DNA of 62,977 nucleotides, the filler included, from Rhabdomonas costata (taxonomy: Eukaryota), in assembly GCA_019059605.1 (NCBI GenBank). It is 29 parts of 29 records of this genome, joined end to end, with 100 filler letters (N's around TTAATTAATTAA, not from the genome) between each part and the next. Parts side by side here need not be neighbours in the genome. Positions count along the whole stretch, not along the records: positions 24,029 to 26,113 come from JAHMHO010005784.1; positions 26,214 to 28,298 come from JAHMHO010005785.1; positions 28,399 to 30,482 come from JAHMHO010005786.1; positions 30,583 to 32,666 come from JAHMHO010005787.1; positions 32,767 to 34,850 come from JAHMHO010005788.1; positions 34,951 to 37,034 come from JAHMHO010005789.1; 23 more parts are not named here. One strand, 5' to 3'. Numbering within the stretch: position 1 is the stretch's first letter; each line of letters starts with the position of its first letter. Positions 24,747-36,985 of this stretch are shown here, piece after piece. The position numbers and the translations under genes were made by a program. Under the pieces are notes generated by a model. It did not search any database. It saw nothing but the letters and a program-made list of their open reading frames with translations, and was not told the origin of the DNA.

Positions 24747-25842
24747 ATGTCCTGCCGTGGGACTGCAAGATCACCGCGGCGTACCGCTCCTGCTCTGGGG
24801 TGGTGATCACCCTGTGCTGCCGCGGGGCCAATGTGCCGGCTTGGTGTGCTTTGTGGATGATCGAAGGGAAAGGGGTTGCTGCGGAACATTCGGAAGCAGC
24901 GCCCGATTGCCTTGATACCACTACTTGGAAAAACGAGCAAAGGAGGTTTCCCCTGCCCATACCAGAATTCGGTCGACCATTCCTCCTGTTCGTCTCCCTC
25001 TCCTTTCGCCACCCGTGAAATCTTTTGCATTGGAGGTTTTTAATCGTTTTTTTTTCGCCATTGTGCTGCTATGCTTTATGCCGCTTTGGACACGGTTTCA
25101 TCCCTATTTACATTGACACCGTGCCACGAAGATCTTGTGGATGGGGCGCTTCCGCTTCAATACGCCAGGAGACCTTTCGTTGCTGTTTTCCAGGACTACG
25201 ATTATTCTTTTCCGTGGTGTCTCGGGCTGCGAGACCCGGTACGTGCCCATCAACTGCCCCGCGGTGCCACCCACGGGCTCCGACTACGTGTGCGTCACAG
25301 TTACCCTGTCGTGGGCCCAGCTGGCGCAGTTCTCATGCCGAGGACAGCGAAGCTGCGACGTATCTACCATCACTTTGTCTGATCCTTTTCCTTTGGTGAG
25401 ACAATATTACTTGCTGTATTCCTTCGTTGATGAAGTGTGCTGAAATTGATTTGTGGATCCCAGGACCTTACCAGAACTCTTGATGCCCTACCCTCTTTTT
25501 GAAACCTTCGCCTGACCTTGGCTGCAATTGATACTTCCCTTTCCTGTTTCCGTGCGGCCACTGATTGTCTCTTTATCGGTGCTTCCCAGGTGCTCCCTCT
25601 TGTCTTGAGTCGATCAGCGGTACCCTTCCCCGGGGGTACCGAGCGGTGCCCCGAAGCCCATTTGCGCCATTGTCATCAGCTACCAAGTTAAAGTTAAATT
25701 CGGTTTCATCGGTGAGAGAATGAAATCGGCGTCAACGTGCTGTGGTGCGTTTGCTCTGTGAGCCCCAGTTTTTGTTTTACCTGTCAGGTGTGCTGTGATA
25801 CCCAAGACTCCGACATGAGCAACAACTGCTTCTCTCTCGTGG
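24747..25842 (+). CDS. Cys-rich beta-sandwich module with CARDB-like signature; exons 24747-24843, 25194-25359, 25788-25842
   Basis: In-phase splice gives DVLPWDCKITAAYRSCSGVVITLCCRGANVPAWTTIILF..YVCVTVTLSW..DVCCDTQDSDMSNNCFSLV. The terminal DSDxSNN resembles CARDB ExxExNN. Confidence 0.6.
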
Positions 25843-26213
25843 GTGTGCTTCCCACTTGCTCGGGGGTCTCTCGGGCAGGATTCAATCAGGGAACATACCG
25901 GAGAGCTCTGAGAATCTGCAGGAGTGTGGGTTGAAGAGTGCAGGTGGGGCTGCCCGATTCTTGATGGCGCTACTCTCTAAGTGGAAGCGGGAGAGAGGAC
26001 CCTTCTTCTTGTCTAAAATGTTTTGGTGAACACTCCCGCCCCCGCTTTGCTTCAGACTTGTGCACGACCATATCCTGCTCCTCTGGGTCCTGCGTGATCG
26101 ATGCCAACACCACNNNNNNNNNNNNNNNNNNNNNNNNNNNNNNNNNNNNNNNNNNNNTTAATTAATTAANNNNNNNNNNNNNNNNNNNNNNNNNNNNNNN
26201 NNNNNNNNNNNNN

Positions 26214-26619
26214 TTTGTGGTGGTGCAGAAGGAAATGACGGCTGCTGAGAGGGAGCGAACAGCTGCGGACCTTACAGAGCTGCTGCTCATGCCAGTGGGC
26301 TTTGAGAGGAATGGGCGGGAAGCGCAGTGTTTTGAGGTGCGCCTGGAGTGGAAAGCGGAGCGTCATGTTAAGGCCGTTCTTTCTTGGTGACGTTCGGACA
26401 TGGCCAGAGATGCAGGACCTACGGACACCAGATCTGCTGCGCGGGCTTCTGGAAAGGCTTGCGTCTAAGCTGATGCAGTACACTGCCAGAAATGTAGGAG
26501 ACCTACCGGACTCCATCCGCCAAGCAGTGCGGTTTCTTCGTGACAGGTGGTACCCAACGAAGTGGTGGCTTCGTGCCTTTGCATGCGAGCTGCTGCGGCA
26601 TGGTGCCCACTTCCTGTGA
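26214..26619 (+). mobile_element. Degenerate 3' end of a retroelement RT, possibly Penelope-like
   Basis: Frameshifted LLLMPVGFERNGREAQCFEVRLEW then PDLLRGLLERLASKLMQY..IRQAVRFLRDRWYPTKWW, resembling the post-RT helical region ending LxxxGYP. Intronless, no GC3 bias. Confidence 0.4.
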
Positions 26620-26899
26620 TTGCCTAAGGTGCTGCAGCAAGTTTTGCTGCCAGTAGAACTGATGTACAAAGGGAGACGCACGCCAGCTGGCGTTAACAAG
26701 TGAGGCGCATGTGTATGCGGAACGCGTTAGTCATGGGTTTTGTGGACGTAGAGGGTCTGAAGGTGGATTGGAGGTGGTTGTGGTTGATCTGCCATGTATA
26801 TGTGTAATTGTATTTCGTTTTTTGCTTGGGAACGAAAACAGAAACCGCCCGTGCATGTAGCTACTTTGCTTCATGTACAGGTTTGTTGTTTCACTGAGG

Positions 26900-28298
26900 A
26901 CGTTTCTTTTTGCGGTTTGAGGCCTTTGCTGGAAAGAAAGTAAAAAGCTGGAACCGCAACCATTGCAATACAAAAAATCACGAATCTTTTTTATGTTTTT
27001 CTCATCCTATCATCCTGCTATTTTTATTGTATACGAGCTCAGCGTTTTTCCCCTGTCATTGCCAACATCGAGTTTTCTGTTTAGTTACACTCTGCCTGCA
27101 TTCTTGTCGTTGTCTTAATGTAACATTTAACACACTCCAACACTCTGGTTTTGTACAGAATTTGTTTTCTTAAATGAAACACCGGATGTGATCCATTTTC
27201 AGAACATTTTATATCCACATTCCATTCTGCATTAAAACTCCTGCTTGCACACCAAACCATATTTCAGTTTATCAGTACTAATCAGAACTTAAACAAGATT
27301 TAAAATATCTGTTATCCGATTTACATACTCAGCGTCTCTTTTTGCTAAAGCGCTAAAAGCACATGCTGTAAATCTTATTTCATCTGCTTCAACTGAAGCA
27401 TAATTATGTATCGAAAGGCTATGTTGTTGCAACAAAAAACTCTTAGTGATACCCAAAATGCAGGTGAACCTAATTGCACTTTACGTTGGAAATGCATTTT
27501 AGTCAATAAAATGATCCTGTTTGTCTCAATTTCTGGCTCCGACGTTCATTTTATTATAAACAAAAAGTAATTAACACTACATACATTGTCCTATTAGTAT
27601 TATCAGCATGAAAATTTGTATTGGTGTTTTGCAAAGACAGGTTTCTCAATTTGACTTCAAACAAAAAAAACTTCTTAACAAAAACGAAGTAAACTTTTGT
27701 ATCTTCTGCTTACAATGCTTCCAGTTAACACTTGGTAACATACAACGTTAAAGCAAAACAATCTTTTAATGTTATGTTTACAAAAGTGAATTTATACAAT
27801 CCACTTGTTATATCTATTTGTGACCTGTCGAAAGATTTTTCATCTGCACGTAGTCTATGGACATGAGCACCTTTGTTGTATTTGGTGTCCTCATTTGGAG
27901 CGAATCTTTTGCTGAGACGTTTTCTGAGAAGTTTCCTGCTTATACTTAATAACCCTTTGAACGCCTGCATATCACATACACGTCATTAGCCAAATTTAGA
28001 GCGTGTAATAGAGCTTTTAATGCAATAATTATATTTAGTTATTCAGTAATCGTCTGGAAACGTATTACAGCACGCAGCAAGAGCATTTTGTCGGATTCTA
28101 TAATGACATACTTAGCTCCCACGTCATCAATACTTACACAACCACTATATCATTCCATTCTTGCAGCGCTTCTCATCTTTTAGTTTGGCACAACTCCAAT
28201 TAAGAGAAAATACCGGTAGAAATATAAGCAAAAATTGGACCTATTTATATATTCTTGTCCTTAGCCTAAACAATATTTCCAATATCTTCCACCCACAA
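26900..28298 (-). pseudogene. AT-rich, heavily decayed transposase-like sequence
   Basis: Abrupt AT-rich block with many stops. Minus-strand fragments MSIDYVQMKNL, GLYKFTFVNI and NFHADN occur in the order expected for a Sola-like DDE transposase. Confidence 0.3.
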
Positions 28299-28486
28299 NN
28301 NNNNNNNNNNNNNNNNNNNNNNNNNNNNNNNNNNNNNNNNNNTTAATTAATTAANNNNNNNNNNNNNNNNNNNNNNNNNNNNNNNNNNNNNNNNNNNNCC
28401 CCCGCCAGAACACTGTTGGTTTCTTGTCAATCGCAGTCTCAGTCTAATATCCGGCGAAACGTTATTCCGGTTTTGTGCTCGCTCAG

Positions 28487-29754
28487 TTGGTAAAGTCCGT
28501 GAAGACGCCCGACGACCTGAAGCGGGCTACGATCTCCGCACTGGGCGACTTTGTCACCCACACTGCGGCAGACCCGAAGAAGGCCAAGCAGCACCTTCAG
28601 GAGGTCAACGGGGGGCCCCTCCCCTTGGTTGAGCTCCTGGAGAGCCCTTCCTCCAACACTCAGCTGCGGTGCAGCGCGGCTGGGGCGCTGTGGAACATGC
28701 TGGACACCTCGGAGATTCGGGTCACCGACGACCTGATTGAGAGGATGGTTACCGCGGCGTGCTGCTCGATGCACCGCCTGTTCTTCCGAAGGAGGAGGCC
28801 TGTGAGCGAGGAGGTTGCCATGGTGGACGCCTCGTCAAGCTCCGACGAGTGCTCCACCTATGACGTATGACGTGCGAATCACTCCTCGTCCTGTGTTTTG
28901 TGCTTTGTTTTTGGTAGCGGCAGAGAGATTTTTCCCGTTTGGATGTTCTGGAGAAGTCTTTTATGGAATCGCCCATCCTGCCTACTCAGCCAGCCTCTGA
29001 ACCTGGTCCGTTCGACAAAGACAATCTGATGTGGGTGAAATGTCCTGAACCCTGCAGATGATCGCTTCATTGAACTTACCTTATTGCCTGGGCGGTTTAG
29101 CCGGTTGGGGCTCATGTTTGGTGGACGCTTGATGTCACTGGATAACGGCACCAAGTCAGAACGCTTCACCCAATTCTTGGGCCCTCCGTGGGATTTTCCC
29201 CCCTGCTTCTTGGGAAAGAAGGGAAATGGTCAGCAGCGAAGTCTATCTTTTGTCTTTTGCTCAGGCGCTGTGTAACGATCCGGATTTGGAATCCGAAAAC
29301 GGGGTGTGCCTATGTGATTGTGCTCGTACATGTGTGTGTTTCGGGTCTGTCGTTTCGAACAGGGTTCACCTCTGCCGTCTTCTCACAGCTCTTCTTGAGA
29401 GATCATCTCACCAACGCGCTGACGGGCTTGATGTGGAACATTCCCATTGAAGAGAAGTACAGGTGTGCGTGCGTGTTTTTGTGCACTTTTCAGCCTTTCT
29501 ATGAACGCTTTCGTCCGATTGCCGTCTTTACTGGCCACAGAAAGATGATGGCGGCGCAGCCCCACTTCTTCCCATGCATCTTCCATATCCTGGAGAACAA
29601 GGACTACTCTCGGACTCACTTCAGCTGCCTGCACCTGCTCACCACCCTGCATCATTACGGCCATCTCCCGGCCCCGCTGGTGCCACGCCTTCATTCAAAT
29701 CTAACCCAATACCTCGAGGAGAAGGGCGCCGCCGCGGAGCTCAGCGCGGGAGAG
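28487..29754 (+). CDS. Armadillo-repeat protein, partial; exons 28487-28864, 29265-29303, 29389-29462, 29541-29754
   Basis: GGPLPLVELLESPSSNTQLRCSAAGALWNM and ALTGLMWNI are ARM signatures. In-phase GT-AG introns. Confidence 0.8.
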
Positions 29755-30983
29755 GTGGGGGTGCTGCTTTCGCTTAGGGATGTCGCCGACTTCTTCATCA
29801 CGCTGCTGCTCTCTAAAAAGGTCTTTTACCCACGGGCTTGCCCGACTGACTCTACTTTGGTTCTATGTGGGGACAGGTGTGTCCCTTTCAATCTCGCTTT
29901 ACAGGAAGGAAGAGAGCAAAGTTTACAGCATCACAGTAGGAGGTGAGGGGAAACAAAAGGATAAGGAGGGACCAAAGTCGAAGCAGAGGTGGGGAAGCAC
30001 GAGCGCCTTTTTGATAGTGTCGCTGCGAAGAAAGCAGGCATCAAGACAGCCGGAAAAGGGGGGAGCGAGGAGAATACCTCAAATAGGGGTCACATTGCAC
30101 ATTAATGGAGTATGCGCAAGCTGCACGTGGGAATGGTCACAAAACTTCTGTTCCTGTCAGAAACGGCAGGTTGCTTGTCTGGAATCGGTGCAGACAAAAG
30201 GCTACTGCTGGGAAGGGAAGCCGGCATTTGACGCATCTCCTGTATTCGGAATCTGAAAGTGCCAGAGTACAACGGGTGATGGGTGAAATGGAAATACAAT
30301 TTGCATGCGGCACTTTTTCAGCCAAATAATTCTCGAGATATAGCCCCCCTCAAGTCTCGAGACATAACCCCGTCTCTCGAGATTCGAGGGTGGCAATATA
30401 TGTATAGATATGTCTCGAGATATAATTGGTGGATATAGTGCCAGGATTCCGTGACGTGTTCCTGGCACTATACACACCAACANNNNNNNNNNNNNNNNNN
30501 NNNNNNNNNNNNNNNNNNNNNNNNNNTTAATTAATTAANNNNNNNNNNNNNNNNNNNNNNNNNNNNNNNNNNNNNNNNNNNNTTTTGTTTGGGCTATTGT
30601 AGCCTATTGTGAGCTATTTATTTCACTTATTTTTGGCTAATTTCGAGAATTTTATGATGGTTTCCCCTCCTGGAGGCTTCCGAGCAAGTTAAGGTCATAA
30701 TAGAAGGAATTTCAGGGGGAGGACTGTGCATTAGGGTCAAAAGTGCCATTGAGAAAGGGCAGAAGAAATTTCATAATTGTTTGCCATTTTTTTCACTATG
30801 GAGAGGATCCTTTCTAAATTGAGTTTTGTCAGATACTTTCAGAATCTAGATCTTGCAAGAGGTCAGAAGGCTACACGAAAATGAGCAAAATCGGCCCAGT
30901 GGTTGGTGCTGCGGTTACCAGCCATTACCAATTGGTAAACTTTGTCAGCGCTTACTCTCGATGAGTATTTTTGTTATTCTCAG

Positions 30984-31839
30984 TAATCGCTGCTTACGAA
31001 GGACCAATGCTTGGAGTAAATTCGGTGAGATTTCAAGTGGGATTGGATTATTTAAAGGTGCAAGCAGATAAAGCAGCCTTTTATTCTGGGGAATGGGCAA
31101 CTGGTGGTGGGCAGGGATGGTTCACTGCAGCTGAGCTCTTTCGTATTGCAGACCCTGTGCCTACTTGTTGGCGTAGCGGCAGTGTTCTTCATTTTGGGGG
31201 CATCCGCGCGTAAGGGGAAGTTTCCTTCCTTCCCTTCCTCACCGCCGGCCGTGTTCTAGGACCGAGGGGGGATGGGAGCAGGCGATTTTGTAGTGCTGAT
31301 GGGCTTCGACGAGGACTGCACAGGTGAGAGCCCTGCCCTTTCCCTCGATGCCCGCCCCCAATCACAACTGTTGCGCTGGGAAGGACAAGGGAGCAACACA
31401 GGCAGTGAGCGAGGAAGTGAATGAGGTCCGTTTGTGTTCGGATAATGGAAGAATGGGATGACATACAGTCGCAGCATATGGTTGGGTCCGGTAAGGAACG
31501 GCATGGGGATTTTACGTTGAATGAGGGTGGGTAACGGTAGTTTGCACGTCTGCGCGCCCGCAGTGCAGGTTCAGTGTGTCTTTGCGTGTTGTTCTTAAAG
31601 TGCAGGAAAAAGTGCAGGAAAGTGCAGGAATTCGGCATTAGAGCCATGGTTGTACAGGATTGAGCTTAGTTTGGGCTGGTTTTCGCTTCACTCTCTGTCA
31701 CCCCTTTTCTATGCCATCAGGAATCGCGGAGACAGTGTCTGAGAACATCCAACGAGAGCTGGTGCAGGTCTCGCACCCGGCAATTAACACCATCAATGTG
31801 GACATGATTGCCCGAGAGGACCGCCGGGTGGACCACCAG
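30984..31839 (+). CDS. Three in-phase exons of an unidentified gene (30984-31024, 31260-31323, 31721-31839)
   Basis: Spliced IAAYEGPMLGVNS|DRGGMGAGDFVVLMGFDEDCT|GIAETVSENIQRELVQVSHPAINTINVDMIAREDRRVDHQ. No family recognised. Confidence 0.5.
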
Positions 31840-31929
31840 GTATTAGTGATGCCTGCTTCTGGTGATCAAAGAATGACCTGAAATTTAGATGCAAAACGCG
31901 AATTGTGACTGTCGTCAGTGCCATAAGCC

Positions 31930-32666
31930 CGGCCCCCGACAGAAGCGACCATTCGTCTCGGTGGGTTCGGCATTCAAAGCCCTTTCCTGATCCACAGTGC
32001 CGCCTACTTCTCTTCGGCTTTGGCCGACTACTCGGGAGCGCTCTCCACGGAAGGTGAATCGTCTCCTCCAACAGCAGACTATGGTCTTCTGCCCGCATCC
32101 TCTGCGACCAGTTAGAGTCTCGGTGCTACTGCAATGGCTTGCACAGGCCGCCTCCTTCAACCTAGTCAGATCGTTAAGGACCAGCTGTTGTTGTCCAGCA
32201 CTACTGGGCTGACAGAGTGCATGTGTTCCTTCAGAAGGAACTTCTCGCAGATGCCCTCGCCGGGACAAAGTGAGACTTCTGAGCTTGGGCAACCGTCATG
32301 CAGGTGCTCGGTGTGGCTTCAAACACTAATCTCGGGTTCCGTTTTGACAAAGGGAAGTACTTGCTGCTAACTCACTTTCATCTGCGACTTCCACTTCTCC
32401 CAGCTGCAGCGGCCTGTACTCCCTGTACATCTTTTCGGTCAACCCCTGGACGTGTTTGGGGATCCTCTAGTCGCGTTCCCGGGGGACGTGGACACAACAT
32501 CTTTTGCGCAGCTGTCGCAGAAAATGTCGGCCTCCTCGTGGACACAGAAATCGAGGTTCAGGGTCGGGAACGGCCTGCGGACCTCCTGCTGTCACATTGG
32601 ACTCGTGGGCGAGATGCGGCTGTTCATCCAACCATCATACACAGCGTGAATTCTTCACACCAGTGG
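31930..32666 (+). mobile_element. Decayed CRE/SLACS-like non-LTR retrotransposon, RT C-terminus to restriction-like endonuclease
   Basis: Across frameshifts: GFGIQSPFLIHSAAYFSS, LGQPS..AGA-W-like, LGFRFDKGKYLLLTHFHLRLPL, CTPC, RGHN, EIEVQGRERPADLLLSHWTRGRDAAVHPTIIH (the RHN..E..RPAD..DxT motif series of RLE elements). Confidence 0.75.
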
Positions 32667-32951
32667 NNNNNNNNNNNNNNNNNNNNNNNNNNNNNNNNNN
32701 NNNNNNNNNNTTAATTAATTAANNNNNNNNNNNNNNNNNNNNNNNNNNNNNNNNNNNNNNNNNNNNGGTGGGGGGGGACAAAGAATATGGCACTCAAAAA
32801 CAGACAACTGTGCCATTGGGCCCCACCTAGTTTTCAGAGGAAGAACCTTCCTCACACTTTTCTGCTGTGTCGATGGGCAGCTCAACAATGTCTTGTGGAA
32901 CAGCAGACTAGAGCCAACCACTTTCTTTTGGCTTTCTTTTTTCCGGATACA

Positions 32952-34295
32952 ATGGCAACGGAAAATGACTCCACGCCTCGCACTGCCGAACTTTGGGGCC
33001 CTTGGGACACCAAAACACAGACTTTTCACGCCGGTCAAGAGTGGAGATTTTGTGAAAATATGATTGAAGACTTCAGCATTGACTACAATGCTCTGGGCAC
33101 CCCTGAAGTGGGCAAGAAGGCTGCGAAGGAGGTGTTTTGCTTCTTGTTTCCATTACACTGGTCTTACCTAGTGTATTTACGCAAGATCCCAGGGCCTGTT
33201 TCCTCGCAGTTTCTTTTCAACCTCATTTGCTGCTTCAGGCTTTGAAGGACATGGTTCACTACCCTTCTGCGGACTTTGAACCAGCGCTTACCCATCTTGC
33301 GCGGTTTCTCTGGCCCAGTGATTGGGAAGCAAACAAGGGCCGCCTGCTGTTGGGAAACGGATGTTCCGAAGTGATTGATTTGATTACTCGTTGTGGCTCC
33401 AGAAAAGGTTGTCTCTCTTTTTCTTGCTGGTCTGCACGCGTGTGCACGCGCAACTGTTTTTGGAAATAAGAACGGAACCTTTCATTTTCGTGGTGTCAAG
33501 GACATCTGGATGGCTGTTGGGTGCTTAGGAGGAATGAAGCCGGGAAAGTACTCAACCCAGTATCAGGAGCTGCGACGCGCGGCATTGGCAGCCGGATACC
33601 GAATGCTTCTCCCCACGGACCTCAGTGCAACTCTGATGTGCTTGGTCAACCCGAACACGCCCACTGGTGACTATATGACGGTGCAGCAGATGAAAGAGGT
33701 CCGTGATTTCCTCCACCGTAGATAAAGTCCTTATCCACACATACCTGGGGCATTATTTTGTTTCTTTGAATTTTCCCACTTTTGTTTTGGCATGTGAAGG
33801 CCATTCCAAAGTTCCCTTTCTTCCCCCTTCCTACTCGGTCTCGAACTTTTATTTCGTGACGCACTGCATCGTTTATTCCACTTATAAATTCTCTTTTTGG
33901 TATGCTTGCCGCGCCGCAGTGCCGTGATTTTATTTGGTCTACCTGCTGTGGTAGGGGTCTGAAAAGAAACCTGACTGTGCACCGCAACTTTCCATGCAAT
34001 GTTCCCGTCCTTTTGGCTGTGTATTGTGGTGCAGACATTCTTTTTGAAGAATTGAATCAGCTTAATCCCTCACCCTTGGCTTTCGGTATCCGCAGTTCGG
34101 GAGCTTTTCCCATCAGCGTGCAGAGCCAATGCGGAACCAAACGGCTTCTTTTCGCGTGCAATCTCATACAATACACTTTCATAGTACATCGAAGCAAACA
34201 CCACCACCGACTGCAACGTCATTGTGGATGAGACTTCTCAGCCCTGGCTCGGGCCGCATTGGAGAAGTGACAGTCTCCTTCATCAAGCTTCCTGG
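32952..34295 (+). CDS. PLP-dependent class I/II aminotransferase (HisC/CobD-like), 5' part; exons 32952-33131, 33239-33407, 33529-33698, 34185-34295
   Basis: HAGQ..EDFSIDYNALGTP..HYP..LLLGNGCSEVIDL..LVNPNTPTGD..VIVDETS are HisC/CobD-family motifs. In-phase introns. Confidence 0.88.
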
Positions 34296-35979
34296 GTATT
34301 GCCTTTCACGTCACCTGGATTCATCCCATCCTTTTTATTCTTCGTAGCTTTTTATTCCTCCCCCCATCCTTTCTCCGGTTCCCTGCGGGCATGGTTTCCA
34401 GCAAGTCCGACCCCTTATAGCGGTGATAAAGAAATTCCCAAAAAGCATTTGTTGCGCCACAAAAACTCATTGCAACGCTGTCCCCAAACTGCACCTGAAT
34501 TGCGCCAGCTTCTGGTTTCTTGGGCTGCGGTGCAGAAACATGAATGTGAAGAAAAAATATATCGCTGCACAAAAAAAATTAGCGGTGCATTGAAAGGGGG
34601 GGCCATTTAACAAACTTAACCGTTACTCCACCGCACTCAGACCTTTCCTCACCAATCTCTATGGTTCTGAAACCCAGCCCAGAATCCGGCAAAAAATAGA
34701 AATGCCGGTCGCAATGACGGTTGCCCAAGCTCAGAAGTCTCACCTTGTCCCGGAGAGGGGCATCTGCGAGAAGTTCCTTCTGAAGGAACACGTGCACTTT
34801 GTCAGCCCAGCAGTGCTGAGCAAACAGCTGATCCTTAACGATCTGACTCGNNNNNNNNNNNNNNNNNNNNNNNNNNNNNNNNNNNNNNNNNNNNTTAATT
34901 AATTAANNNNNNNNNNNNNNNNNNNNNNNNNNNNNNNNNNNNNNNNNNNNGTGTTGGTGTGTTTGGTGGTTTGGGGGCGCTGCGAGGGCACAGAGGGCAC
35001 AGAGGGCCTTGAGGAGGAGGTTGCCCTGCGCCACAAGAGTACTGGGCTGGACACCTCACCACGACGTGTAACGTGCGAAAGTACATCTCCATCCTTGCGT
35101 ACCGGATAGGTTGCAACGGAGCATTCCTCAAACACACGCAGAGTTTCTTTCTACTTTTGTGTTGGGGCATGGGGCAAGATATGACATTTGGATCTGTGTG
35201 GTGCGAAAAGCGTCTGCGTAAGCGCCATGGTGCTTACAGCGAAAGTTTTCAATTTTGGCCCATTGCAGTTCCAGTGAATAAATAATGGAGTCCCCCCCCA
35301 CAGGCTCCTGAACCGGGCTTGAAACATCGTTTGCACAAAGCAATTCGTCTGTGTCGCAACCATTTTGTGCAATTTGCAGTGCCCAAAAAAACACGACGAG
35401 GTGCAGAAGAAGAACAGGCCGAAAGACGAAGTGTCACTATGCAGAACGCATACGACGCAGCGCGGATGTCCTGCAGCTGGCGTCTGGAATGGCAGTGGCC
35501 CGCAACGGAAGTTTCCACTTGCTCCGGGCTGCTATGGGAAGACGCCTGCACACAGATACAATATTCCATAGTCGCATGAACAAATCGGACCTACAAAAAG
35601 CACAATTTTACATCAACACAGCTGCAAAGAGTTTCCACCAACCCAGTTCAAGAGGGGATCCAGCGCAGAAATGCACGCACATGGGAACTCTGCCCAGGTG
35701 TTGGGTGCTGTGTGTGTACGTGTGTACGTCTGCTCAGCAGTTACGCTCTGCTGGGCAAGAAGTGAGTCATGAATGAACCGGTTTTCTTCTGGGGGGGACA
35801 CAAAATATGAGACAAAAGAGTGTTTGCTTCATCAAACGTCTATCGCTAAGGCCGCAGCGGATTCAAAGCGGTCTTGCAGCAACTCCTCCAGTGATAGCTG
35901 TCCTACCAAAACCAAAAAACCTATAGCACCGAGACCAGGGGTCCAGTAAAAAGGCAGAAAGGAAGCAGAGTGAGAAAGT

Positions 35980-36985
35980 CCACCTCGCCGGAGGTAAGTG
36001 GAGTCCTCAGGGGCTTCAGCGCGGGCTTTGCGTGGATTCCCGAGGACAGGTCTGGAACAGTATCAGCTCCAGTGGTCACCAAAGCCCGGCTCAAGAGAGC
36101 CGTGGGAGATGGTGGCTGGTCCGGCCGGGGAGAAGGAGAGGTTAGGCTGACAGATATCGGTATCGGCAAGAGCATTTGATGCCGCGGTGGGTTCGGGTCC
36201 AGTGACATTGAGGAAGTTGCCCGTAGAGTGGGAGACGAAGACTCACCTTCAACTTTCAATGAAGCCGTTGACTTGCCGAAGTCAAACGACGACATGGTTT
36301 CCTCCCGGGAAACCGAAGACATTATGTCTTCGAGATCATCCATGGCATCCGAGTGAGAGCGGGAGGGGGAGTCATCCGAACAAACTTTGGAAGTGGAGCA
36401 TCGTAGCGCCCACGTTTGGCCAAAACCATCCTCTGAGGACACGGGCGAGACAACCTTGGGCCTCTGGGCACTCACCTCCGGTTGTGGAAAGAGAGGACTC
36501 AGGCCACGGGAAACAGGTCTTCGCAGGGAAGACAGCCTGCGATGTTGCGATGCAGGCCTGCCCTCGGCATGACTCTCCAGGAAGCCTGAGCAGTGATCCG
36601 CTAACCCTGCGAACGATCTCCGGGGCTCCAGAATGCTGCTGCTGGGTCGGCGAAAGCTGTCCGACATCGAGGGTCCTGGAAGCCCGCAAGTGGATCCACC
36701 AACCAACGATTTGCGATGAGAGGGGCCTGGACAGCTCTGTGGGCTGGTCTCGGGGCTGTTGGGGTCCGAGGAAAACTCCAATCCCGCAGAGGACCTGGGA
36801 GTCTGGAATTCACAGGTGCTTTGCCTGCGCAAGCCTTCAAGCTGAGGGGGAGAATGGGACAGAGTGGGGGAGTGTCCCGGACTTGCTCTGCAAACCTCTG
36901 GCTTGGGGCTAATTGAACGCTTGCGGGCATCACCACTGCTCGCTCCCGAATCGGAATCCGAGGAGAGAACCACGGACTTGCGGCG
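35980..36985 (-). CDS. Large exon of a Ser/Pro/Arg-rich disordered protein; further probable exons at ~35460-35550 and ~35005-35110
   Basis: 366-codon open frame of low-complexity S/P-rich sequence. The 5' end is overwritten by a fold-back artefact. Confidence 0.6.
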
